Part shown: in pieces, positions 1 through 13,400 of the stretch
Numbering within the stretch: the stretch's first letter is position 1
Layout of the letters: every line of letters starts with the position of its first letter
Source: the human T2T-CHM13v2.0 reference genome, Homo sapiens
Length of the DNA stretch: 64,000 nucleotides
Assembly (NCBI RefSeq): GCF_009914755.1
Contig: NC_060940.1
Direction: 5' to 3' (one strand)
Translations under genes and position numbers: made by a program
Notes under the pieces: generated by a model
Seen by the model: only the letters and a program-made list of their open reading frames with translations
Database searches by the model: none
Told to the model about the DNA's origin: nothing

Positions 1-23
1 TTCCATTCGATTCCATTCGATGA

Positions 24-3000
24 TGATTGGATTCGATTCCATTTTATGATTTCATTTGATTCCATACGATAATGATTTCGATCAATTCCATTCGATGATT
101 CCATTCGATTCCATTCGATAATGATTACATCCGAGTCCATTCGATGATTCCATTTGAGCCCGTTCGATAATTCCATTTGAGTCCAATCAATGATTCCATT
201 CATTTCCATTCAATGATTCCATTCGAGTCCATTTGATCATTCCGGTAGGGTCCGTTCGATGTTGATTCCATTGGAGTGCATTCGATGATTCCATTCGAGT
301 CCATTTTAGGATTTGATTCGAGTCCTTTCGATGATTCCATTCGATTCCACTCGATGATTTCATTCGAGTCCATTCGACACTTCCAATCGATTCCATTTGA
401 TGTTTCCATTCGATTCCAATTGATGATTCCATTCAATTCCATTCGATGATGATTCCGTACGATTCCATTCTGTGATGATTCCATGTGATTGCATTCAATG
501 ATGATTCCTTTCGATTGCATTCGATTATAATTCATTTCGTGTTCATTCTATGGTTCCACAGGTTTCCATTCGATGATGTTTCCATTCGTGTCCATTCCAT
601 TATTCCATTCTATTCCATTTGAAGATGATTCCATTCGATTCCATTCATTGGTGATTCCACTCAATTCCATTCAATGATTCCATTCCATTTCTTTCAACAA
701 TGATTCCATTAGTTTCTATTCGATGATCCACTTGATTCCATTTGACGATGATTCCATTCGTGTCCATTCGATGATTCCATTTGATTCCATATGATGATGA
801 TTCCATTCGATTCCATACGATGATGATTCCATTCGAGTCCATTCAATGGTGATTCCATTCAATTCCATTCGATGATTCCTTTCGATTCCATTCAATGATG
901 ATGGCATTCGATTCCTTTCGATCATTCCCTTTGATTCCATTCAAAGGTGATTTCATTCAAGTCCATTCGATAATTGCATTCGATTCCATTCTATGATGAT
1001 TCCATTGGAGTCCATTTGATGATTCCATTCAATTCAAGTCAATGATGATTCCATTCGATTCCACTCGATGATTCCATTGGATTCCATTCGATGATGATTC
1101 CATTCAAATCCATTCGATAATTCAATTCAAGTCCATTCGATGATGATTCCAATCGAATCCATTCAAAGATTCCACTCAATTCCATTCGATGATGATTCCC
1201 TTAGATTCCATTCGATGATTCCACTTGATTCCATTTACGATGATTCCATTCGATTCCATGTGATGATTCCATTCAATTCTATTCAATGATGTTTCCACTT
1301 GATTCCATTCGAACATGATTGCCTTTGATTCCATTCAATGATTCCATACGGTTCCATTTGATGATGATTCCATTCGAGTGCATTAGATGATTCCATTCGA
1401 GTCCATTCGATGATTCCATTCGCTTCCATTCGATGTTGATTCTGTTCAAATCCATTCGATGATTCCACTCGATTCCATTCGATGACTCCATTTGATCCCA
1501 TTCGATGATTTCCTTTGATTCCCTTTGATGATCATTCCATTTGATTCAATTCGGTGATTTCATTTGATTCCATTCAGTGATGTTTCCATTCAACTCCTTT
1601 CGATGATGATTCCATTCGACTCCATTCGATTATGATTTCATTCAATTCCATTCGATAATGATTCCCTTCAAGTCCATTCGATGATTCCATTCGATTCCAT
1701 TCAACGATGATTTGATTCGTGTCCATTCGATGATTCCATTTGATTCCATTTGATGATGATTCCATTCGAGTCCATTTGATGATTCCATTTAATTCCATTT
1801 GATTATGATTCTACTAGAGTCCATTCAATGACTCCATTCGTATCCATTCAACAATTCCATTCGAGGCCATTCGATGATTCCATTTCATGATTCCATTCGA
1901 GTCCATTTAATCATTACAGTCGAGTCCATTTGGTGATTACACTGGATTTCTTTTGATAATGATACCATTCAATTACATTTGATGATGATCCCATTCAATT
2001 TCATTTGATGGTGATTCCATTAGAGTCCATTCGATGATTTCATTCGAGTCCCTTCATTGATTCCATCCGATTTCATTTGATGATGACTCCATTCGAGTCC
2101 ATTCGATGATTCCACTCGATTCCATCAGATGGTTCCATTGGAATCCATTTGATTGTTCCATTCGATTCTATTCGATTCCTTTCGAAGATTATTCCATTTG
2201 AGTCCATTCGATGATGATTCCATTCCATTCCATTCGATGATTCCGTTTGATTCCATTCGATGATTCCCTTCGATTCCTTTCTTTGATGATTCCATTCCAT
2301 TCCATTCAATGATTCCATTCGAATCTATTCCATGATGATTCCTTTCGATTCCATTCGCTGATGTTTCCGTTCAATTCCATTCGATGATGATTCCATTCGA
2401 TTCCATTCATTGAGGATTCCATTTGATTCCATTCAATGATGATTCCGTTCTATTCCATTCAATGATTGCATTCAATTCCATTCAATGATTATCCCCTTAG
2501 AGTAAACTCAACGATTCCATTCAATACCATTCGATGATGATTCCTTTTGAGTCCATTCAATGATTTCATTCAAGTCCATTTGATGATTCCTTTCAATTCC
2601 ATTCTATGATGATTCCATTCGAGTCCATTCGATGATTCCATTCGATTGCATTCGATGATTCCATTATATTCCATTCAACAATGATTCCATTCGAGTCCAT
2701 TCGATGATTCCATTAGAGTACATTTAATGATTGCTTTGTTTTCAATTCGAAGATGATTACATTGGATTCCATTCTATGATACCATTCGATTCCATTCAAT
2801 GATGATTCCACTCAAATCCATTGGATGATTCCATTCGTGTCCATTCGGTGATTTCATTAGATTCCATTCGAGGATGATTCCATTCGATTCCATTCGATGA
2901 TTCCATTCAATTCCATTCGAGGATGATTCCATTCCAGTCCATATGATCATTCCATTTGATTTCATTCGATGGATGATTCCATTCGATTCCATTCGATGAT

Positions 3001-4301
3001 TCCATTCTATTCCATTCGATGATGATTCCATTCGAGTCCATTCGATGATTCCATTCGAGTCCATTTAATGATTCCATTGGGTTCAATTCAATGATGATTA
3101 CATTGGATTCCGTTCTATGATTCCATTCAATTCCGTTCATTGACAATTTGATTCCATTCGATGATGATTCCATTTGAGTTCATTCGATGATTCTATTTGA
3201 TTCTCTTCGATGGTGATTCAATTCTATTATATTGGATGATTCCATTCGATTCCATTTGATGTTGATTCAATTCGATTCTATTCGATGATGATTCCATTGG
3301 ATTTCACTTGATGATTCTATTCGATTCCATTCAATGATGATTCACTTCTCGTCCATTGGATGATTCCATTTCATTCCATTCGATGATGATTCCATTCGAT
3401 TCCATTCGATGATTCCATTTGATTCCATGCGTCGGTGAGCAATTCGATTCAATTCCATGATGATTCTATTTGATTCAATTAGATGATGTTTCCATTCGAA
3501 TCCATTCCATGATTATTCCATTGGAATCCATTCGGCGATGATTCCATATGAGTCAATTCAATGATGATTCCATATGGGTCCGTTCGATGATAATTCCATT
3601 TGATTTCATTCGATGCTTCTATTCTATTCCAGTCGATGATGATTCCGTTGGAGTCCATACGATGATTCCATTTGATTTCATTTGATGATGATTCCATTCG
3701 ATGATGATTACATTGGATTCCATTCTATGATTCCATTCAATTCCATTCGTTGATGATTCGATTCCATTCAATGATGATTCCATTTGAGTTCATTCGATGA
3801 TTCTATTCGATTCCGTTCGATGGTGATTCAATTCTATTATATTGGATGATTCCACTCGATTCCATTTGATGATTATTCCATTGGAGTCCACTTAGTGAAT
3901 CCTTTAGATTCTACTCGACGATGATTCCATTCGAGTCCATTCGATGATACCATTCAATTCCATTCGTTGATGCTTCCATTCAAGTGCATTCGATGATATC
4001 ATTCGATTCCATTTGATGATAATTCCATTTGATTCCATGCGATGATTCTATTCGATTCCATTCAATGATAATTCCATTCAATTCAGTGATTCCTCTGGAC
4101 TCCATTTGATGATGATTCCATTCAATGATTCCATTCGATTCTATTCGAAAATGATTCCATTTGAATCCATTTGATGATGATTCCATTAGATTCCATTTGA
4201 TGATTCCATTCGATTCCATTCGACGATGATTCCATTCGATTCCGTTTGATGATTCCATTCTATTCTATTCGATGATGATTCCATTCGATTCCATTCGATG
4301 A
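24..4301 (+). repeat. Unit U1: diverged 4278-bp variant with a ~1769-bp internal deletion
   Basis: Landmarks TGATTGGATTC at 24 and 4302, and CCGGTAGGG at 242 and 4520, are 4278 bp apart. The offset to U2 jumps from 4334 (1711 vs 6045) to 6103 (1811 vs 7914). Confidence 0.9.
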
Positions 4302-7300
4302 TGATTGGATTCGATTCCATTGGATGATTTCATTTGATTCCATTCGTTAATGATTTCGATCAATTCCATTCGATGATTCCATTCGATTCCATTCGATAAT
4401 GATTACATCCGAGTCCATTCGATGATTCCATTTGAGCCTGTTCGATAATTCCATTTGAGTCCAACCAATGATTCCATTCATTTCCATTCAATGATTCCAT
4501 TCGAGTCCATTTGATCATTCCGGTAGGGTCCATTCGATGTTGATTCCATTGGAGTGCATTCGATGATTCCATTCGAGTCCATTTTAGGATTTGATTCGAG
4601 TCCTTTCGATGATTCCATTCGATTCCACTCGATGATGATTTCATTCGAGTCCATTCGACACTTCCAATCGATTCCATTTGATGATTCCATTCGAGTCCAA
4701 TTGATGATTCCATTGAATTCCATTCGATGATGATTCCGTACGATTCCATTCTGTGATGATTCCATGTGACTGCATTCAATGATGATTCCTTTCGATTGCA
4801 TTCGATTATGATTCATTTCGTGTTCATTCTATGGTTCCACAGGTTTCCATTCGTGTCCATTCCATTATTCCATTCTATTCCATTTGATGATGATTCCATT
4901 CGATTCCATTCATTGGTGATTCCACTCAATTCCATTCAATGATTCCATTCCATTTCTTTCAACAATGATTCCATTAGTTTCTAATCGATGATCCACTTGA
5001 TTCCATTTGACGACGATTCCATTCTTGTCCATTCGATGATTCCATTTGATTCCATATGATGATGATTCCATTCGATTCCATACCATGATGATTCCATTCG
5101 AGTCCATTCAATGGTGATTCCATTCAATTCCATTCGATGATTCCTTTTGATTCCATTCGATGATGATGGCATTCGATTCCTTTCAATCATTCCCTTTGAT
5201 TCCATTCAAAGGTGATTTCATTCAAGTCCATTCGATAATTGCATTCGATTCCATTCTATGATGATTCCATTCGAGTCCATTTGATGATTCCATTCAATTC
5301 AAGTCAATGATGATTCCATTCGATTCCATTCGATGATTCCATTGGATTCCATTCGATGATGATTCCATTCAAATCCATTCGATAATTCAATTCAAGTCCA
5401 TTCGATGATGATTCCAATCGAATCCATTCAAAGATTCCATTCAGTTCCATTCGATGATTCCCTTAGATTCCATTCGATGATTCCACTTGATTGCATTTAC
5501 GATGATTCCATTCGATTCCATGTGATGATTCCATTCAATTCTATTCAATGATGTCTCCATTTGATTCCATTCGACCATGATTGCCTTTGATTCCATTCAA
5601 TGATTCCATTCGGTTCCGTTTGATGATGATTCCGTTCGATTCCATTTGATGATTCCATTTGATTCCATTGGATGAGTCCATTCGATTACATTCGATGATT
5701 ATTCCATTCGAGTGCATTAGATGATTCCATTCGAGTCCATTCGATGATTCCATTCGATTCCATTCGATGTTGATTCTGTTCAAATCCATTCGATGATTCC
5801 ACTCGATTCCATTCGTTGACTCCATTTGATCCCATTCGATGATTTCCTTTGATTCCCTTTGATGATCATTCCATTTGATTCAATTCGGTGATTTCATTTG
5901 ATTCCATTCAGTGATGTTTCCATTCGACTCCATTCGATGATGATTCCATTCGACTCCATTCGATTATGATTTCATTCAATTCCATTCGATAATGATTCCC
6001 TTCGAGTCCATTCGATGATTCCATTCGATTCCATTCAACGATGATTTGATTCGTGTCCATTCGATGATTCCATTTGATTCCACTTGATGATGATTCCATT
6101 CGAGTCCATTTGATGATTCCATTCAATTCCATACTCCGATGATTTCTTTTGAGCCCACTCAATGCTTCCACTCGATTCCATATGATGATGACTCCATTCG
6201 ATGAAATTCGATGATGATTCCATTCGCTTGCTTTCGATGATGATTCCACTTGAGTCCGTTAGAAGATTCTATTCAATTACATTCCATGACGATTCCGTTC
6301 GAGTCCATTTGATGATTCCATTAGACTCCATTCGACGATGATTCCATTCGATGTTATTCGATGATTCCATTCGATCTCATTCGATGATGATTCCATTCAA
6401 CTCCATTCGATGTTTCCATTCGAGTTCATTCTATTATTCCATTAGATTCCATTCGATGATGATTCCATTCGATTCCATTTGATGATTGCATTCTATTTCA
6501 TTTGATGATGATTCCATTCGAGTCCACTCGATGATTCCATTCGAGTCCATTTAATGAATCCATTGGTTTCAATTCTATGATGATTACATTGGATTCCATT
6601 CGTTGATGATTTCATTCGGTTCCATTCAATGATGATTCCATTCAATTCCTTTCAATGTTTCCATTCAATTCCATACGATGATGATTCCATTTGATTTGAT
6701 TCGACAGTGAGCCATTCGATTCAATTCCATGATGATTCTATTTGATTCAATTGGTTGACATTTCCATTCGATTCCATTCGATGATGATTCCCTTTGATTC
6801 CGTTCCAAGATGATTCCATTCTAGCCCATTCAATCATTCCATTCGATTCTATTCAATGATGATTCCATTCATGTCGATTTGGTGATTCCATTTGACTTCA
6901 TTTGATGATGATTCCTTTCAAGTTCATTAGATGATTCCATTCGATTCCATTTGATGATGATCCCATTCGAGTCCATTCAGTGATTCCATTCGTTTCCATT
7001 CCATGATGATTCCATTCCTTTCCATTCAATGATTCCATTCGATTCCGTTTGATGATGATTTCATTCGAGTCCATTTGATGATTCCATTTGATTCCATTCG
7101 ATGATGATTCCATTCGAGTCCATTCGATGATTCTATTCGAATCCATTTGATGATTTCTTTTGATTATATTTGGTGATGATTCCATTGGAGTCCATTCAAT
7201 GATTCCATTCTATTCCAATCGATGATGATTCCATTAGAGTCCATTTAATGATTCCATTTGATTCCAGTCTCTGATGATTACATTCGAGTCCATACGATGA

Positions 7301-10300
7301 TTCCACTCAATTCCATATGATGATGATTCCATTTGATTCCATTCGGTGATTCCATTCTATTCTATTCAATGGTGATTCCATTCGAGTACATTAGATGATT
7401 CCATTCGATTCCATTCAATGATGATTCTATTTGTGTCCCTTAGATGATTCCACATGATTCCATTAGATGATGATACTATTTGAGCCCATCCAATGATTCC
7501 CTTCGATTCCATTCGATGAGGATTCCATTCGATTCAATTCATTGGTGATTCTATTCAATTCAATTCTTTGATTCCATTCCATTCCATTCGACAATGATTC
7601 CATTCGATTTCTTTCGATGATTCCACTCGATTCCACTTGACATTGATTCCATTCGATTCCATTCAATGATTCCATTTGATTCCAGTGGATGATGATTGCC
7701 ATCGATTCCATTCGATCACTCCATTCTATTCCATTTGATGATGATTACATTCGATTCCATTTGATGATTCCATCTGATTCTATTCGAGGATTCCATTTGA
7801 TTCCATTCGATGATGATTCCATTCGAATCCATTCGATGATTTCATTCGAGTACATCCAATGATTCCATTCGAGTCCATTAGATGATTCCATTTGATTCCA
7901 TTTGAAAATGATTCTACTAGAGTCCATTCAATGACTCCATTCGAGTCCATTCAACAATTCCATTCGACTCCATTCGATGATTCCATTCGATTCCATTTGA
8001 TGGTTCCATTCGAGTCCATTTAATCATTACAGTCGAGTCCATTTGGTGATTCCACTGGATTTCTTTTGATAATGATACCATTCAATTACATTTGATGATG
8101 ATCCCATTCAATTTCATTTGATGATGATTCCATTAGAGTCCATTCGATGATTTCATTCGAGTCCCTTCATTGATTCCATCCGATTTCATTGGATGATGAC
8201 TCCATTCGAGTCCATTCGATGATTCCACTCGATTCCATTAGATGACTCCATTGGAGTCCATTTGATTGTTCCATTCGATTCTATTCGATTCCTTTCGAAG
8301 ATTATTCCATTTGAGTCCATTCGATGATGATTCCATTCCATTCCATTCGATGATTCCGTTTGATTCCATTCGATGATTTCCTTCGATTCCTTTCTTTGAT
8401 GATTCCATTCCATTCCATTCAATGATTCCATTCGAATCTATTCCATGATGATTCCTTTCGATTCCATTCGCTGATGTTTCCGTTCAATTCCATTCGATGA
8501 TGTTTCCATTCGATTCCATTCATTGAGGATTCCATTTGATTCCATTCAATGATGATTCCATTCTATTCCATTCAATGATTGCATTCAATTCCATTCAATG
8601 ATTATCCCATTAGAGTAAACTCAACGATTCCATTCAATACCATTCGATGATGATTCCTTTTGAGTCCATTCAATGATTTCATTCAAGTCCATTTGATGAT
8701 TCCTTTCAATTCCATTCTATGATGATTCCATTCGAGTCCATTCGATGATTCCATTCGATTGCATTCGATGATTCCATTATATTCCATTCAACGGTGATTC
8801 CATTCGAGTCCATTCCATGATTCCATTAGAGTACATTTAATGATTGCTTTGTTTTCAATTCGAAGATGATTACATTGGATTCCATTCTATGATACCATTC
8901 GATTCCATTCAATGATGATTCCACTCAAATCCATTGGATGATTCCATTCGTGTCCATTCGGTGATTTCATTAGATTCCATTCGAGGATGATTCCATTCGA
9001 TTCCATTCGATGATTCCATTCAATTCCATTCGATGATGATTCCATTCCAGTCCATATGATCATTCCATGTGATTTCATTCGATGATGATTCCATTCGATT
9101 CCATTCGATGATTCCATTCTATTCCATTCGATGATGATTCCATTCGAGTCCATTCGATGATTCCATTCGAGTCCATTTAATGATTCCATTGGGTTCAATT
9201 CAATGATGATTACATTGGATTCCGTTCTATGATTCCATTCAATTCCGTTCATTGACAATTTGATTCCATTCGATGATGATTCCATTTGAGTTCATTCGAT
9301 GATTCTATTCGATTCTCTTCGATGGTGATTCAATTCTATTATATTGGATGATTCCATTCGATTCCATTTGATGTTGATTCAATTCGATTCTATTCGATGA
9401 TGATTCCATTGGATTTCACTTGATGATTCTATTCGATTCCATTCAATGATGATTCACTTCTCGTCCATTGGATGATTCCATTTCATTCCATTCGATGATG
9501 ATTCCATTGGATTCCATTCGATGATTCCATTTGATTCCATGCGACGGTGAGCAATTCGATTCAATTCCATGATGATTCTTTTTGATTCAATTAGATGATG
9601 TTTCCATTCGAATCCATTCCATGATTATTCCATTGGAATCCATTCGGCGATGATTCCATTTGAGTCAATTCAATGATGATTCCATATGGGTCCGTTCGAT
9701 GATAATTCCATTTGATTTCATTCGATGTTTCTATTCTATTCCAGTCGATGATGATTCCGTTGGAGTCCATACGATGATTCCATTTGATTTCATTTGATGA
9801 TGATTCCATTCGATGATGATTACATTGGATTCCATTCTATGATTCCATTCAATTCCATTCGTTGATGATTCGATTCCATTCAATGATGATTCCATTTGAG
9901 TTCATTCGATGATTCTATTCGATTCCGTTCGATGGTGATTCAATTCTATTATATTGGATGATTCAGTCGATTCCATTTGATGATTATTCCATTGGAGTCC
10001 ACTTAGTGAATCCTTTAGATTCTACTCGACGATGATTCCATTCGAGTCCATTCGATGATACCATTCAATTCCATTCGTTGATGCTTCCATTCAAGTGCAT
10101 TCGATGATATCATTCGATTCCATTTGATGATAATTCCATTTGATTCCATGCGATGATTCTATTCGATTCCATTCAATGATAATTCCATTCAATTCAGTGA
10201 TTCCTCTGGACTCCATTTGATGATGATTCCATTCAATGATTCCATTCGATTCTATTCGAAAATGATTCCATTTGAATCCATTTGATGATGATTCCATTAG

Positions 10301-10412
10301 ATTCCATTTGATGATTCCATTCGATTCCATTCGACGATGATTCCATTCGATTCCGTTTGATGATTCCATTCTATTCTATTCGATGATGATTCCATTCGAT
10401 TCCATTCGATGA
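4302..10412 (+). repeat. Unit U2: full-length, 6111 bp
   Basis: Landmark spacing; homologous ORF ends at 4360 and 10471; 1-bp deletion (GATTCAGTCG) near 9961-9970. Confidence 0.93.
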
Positions 10413-13400
10413 TGATTGGATTCGATTCCATTTGATGATTTCATTTGATTCCATTCGTTAATGATTTCGATCAATTCCATTCGATGATTCCATTCGATTC
10501 CATTCGATAATGATTACATCCGAGTCCATTCGATGATTCCCTTTGAGCCTGTTCGATAATTCCATTTGAGTCCAACCAATGATTCCATTCATTTCCATTC
10601 AATGATTCCATTCGAGTCCATTTGATCATTCCGGTAGGGTCCATTCGATGTTGATTCCATTGGAGTGCATTCGATGATTCCATTCGAGTCCATTTTAGGA
10701 TTTGATTCGAGTCCTTTCGATGATTCCATTCGATTCCACTCGATGATGATTTCATTCGAGTCCATTCGACACTTCCAATCGATTCCATTTGATGATTCCA
10801 TTCGAGTCCAATTGATGATTCCATTCAATTCCATTCGATGATGATTCCGTACGATTCCATTCTGTGATGATTCCATGTGATTGCATTCAATGATGATTCC
10901 TTTCTATTGCATTCGATTGTGATTCATTTCGTGTTCATTCTATGGTTCCACAGGTTTCCATTCGTGTCCATTCCATTATTCCATTCTATTCCATTTGATG
11001 ATGATTCCATTCGATTCCATTCATTGGTGATTCCACTCAATTCCATTCAATGATTCCATTCCATTTCTTTCAACAATGATTCCATTAGTTTCTAATCGAT
11101 GATCCACTTGATTCCATTTGACGACGATTCCATTCTTGTCCATTCGATGATTCCATTTGATTCCATATGATGATGATTCCATTCGATTCCATACCATGAT
11201 GATTCCATTCGAGTCCATTCAATGGTGATTCCATTCAATTCCATTCGATGATTCCTTTCGATTCCATTCGATGATGATGGCATTCGATTCCTTTCAATCA
11301 TTCCCTTTGATTCCATTCAAAGGTGATTTCATTCAAGTCCATTCGATAATTGCATTCGATTCCATTCTATGATGATTCCATTCGAGTCCATTTGATGATT
11401 CCATTCAATTCAAGTCAATGATGATTCCATTCGATTCCATTCGATGATTCCATTGGATTCCATTCGATGATGATTCCATTCAAATCCATTCGATAATTCA
11501 ATTCAAGTCCATTCGATGATGATTCCAATCGAATCCATTCAAAGATTCCATTCAGTTCCATTCGATGATTCCCTTAGATTCCATTCGATGATTCCACTTG
11601 ATTGCATTTACGATGATTCCATTCGATTCCATGTGATGATTCCATTCAATTCTATTCAATGATGTCTCCATTTGATTCCATTCGACCATGATTGCCTTTG
11701 ATTCCATTCAATGATTCCATTCGGTTCCGTTTGATGATGATTCCGTTCGATTCCATTTGATGATTCCATTTGATTCCATTGGATGAGTCCATTCGATTAC
11801 ATTCGATGATTATTCCATTCGAGTGCATTAGATGATTCCATTCGAGTCCATTCGATGATTCCATTCGATTCCATTCGATGTTGATTCTGTTCAAATCCAT
11901 TCGATGATTCCACTCGATTCCATTCGTTGACTCCATTTGATCCCATTCGATGATTTCCTTTGATTCCCTTTGATGATCATTCCATTTGATTCAATTCGGT
12001 GATTTCATTTGATTCCATTCAGTGATGTTTCCATTCGACTCCATTCGATGATGATTCCATTCGACTCCATTCGATTATGATTTCATTCAATTCCATTCGA
12101 TAATGATTCCCTTCGAGTCCATTCGATGATTCCATTCGATTCCATTCAACGATGATTTGATTCGTGTCCATTCGATGATTCCATTTGATTCCACTTGATG
12201 ATGATTCCATTCGAGTCCATTTGATGATTCCATTCAATTCCATACTCCGATGATTTCTTTTGAGCCCACTCAATGCTTCCACTCGATTCCATATGATGAT
12301 GACTCCATTCGATGAAATTCGATGATGATTCCATTCGCTTGCTTTCGATGATGATTCCACTTGAGTCCGTTAGAAGATTCTATTCAATTACATTCCATGA
12401 CGATTCCGTTCGAGTCCATTTGATGATTCCATTAGACTCCATTTGACGATGATTCCATTCGATGTTATTCGATGATTCCATTCGATCTCATTCGATGATG
12501 ATTCCATTCAACTCCATTCGATGTTTCCATTCGAGTTCATTCTATTATTCCATTAGATTCCATTCGATGATGATTCCATTCGATTCCATTTGATGATTGC
12601 ATTCTATTTCATTTGATGATGATTCCATTCGAGTCCACTCGATGATTCCATTCGAGTCCATTTAATGAATCCATTGGTTTCAATTCTATGATGATTACAT
12701 TGGATTCCATTCGTTGATGATTTCATTCGGTTCCATTCAATGATGATTCCATTCAATTCCTTTCAATGTTTCCATTCAATTCCATACGATGATGATTCCA
12801 TTTGATTTGATTCGACAGTGAGCCATTCGATTCAATTCCATGATGATTCTATTTGATTCAATTGGTTGACATTTCCATTCGATTCCATTCGATGATGATT
12901 CCCTTTGATTCCGTTCCAAGATGATTCCATTCTAGCCCATTCAATCATTCCATTCGATTCTATTCAATGATGATTCCATTCATGTCGATTTGGTGATTCC
13001 ATTTGACTTCATTTGATGATGATTCCTTTCAAGTTCATTAGATGATTCCATTCGATTCCATTTGATGATGATCCCATTCGAGTCCATTCAGTGATTCCAT
13101 TCGTTTCCATTCCATGATGATTCCATTCCTTTCCATTCAATGATTCCATTCTATTCCGTTTGATGATGATTTCATTCGAGTCCATTTGGTGATTCCATTT
13201 GATTCCATTCGATGATGATTCCATTCGAGTCCATTCGATGATTCTATTCGAATCCATTTGATGATTTCTTTTGATTATATTTGGTGATGATTCCATTGGA
13301 GTCCATTCAATGATTCCATTCTATTCCAATCGATGATGATTCCATTAGAGTCCATTTAATGATTCCATTTGATTCCAGTCTCTGATGATTACATTCGAGT

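Noticed and set aside
4515-4860. Atypical islands (CCGGTAGGG, CGTACG, GGTTCCACAGG) as possible insertions or regulatory elements
   Set aside because: They stay in register with the monomer and are explained by substitutions. There is no target-site duplication, poly(A) tail or terminal repeat, so I used them only as landmarks.
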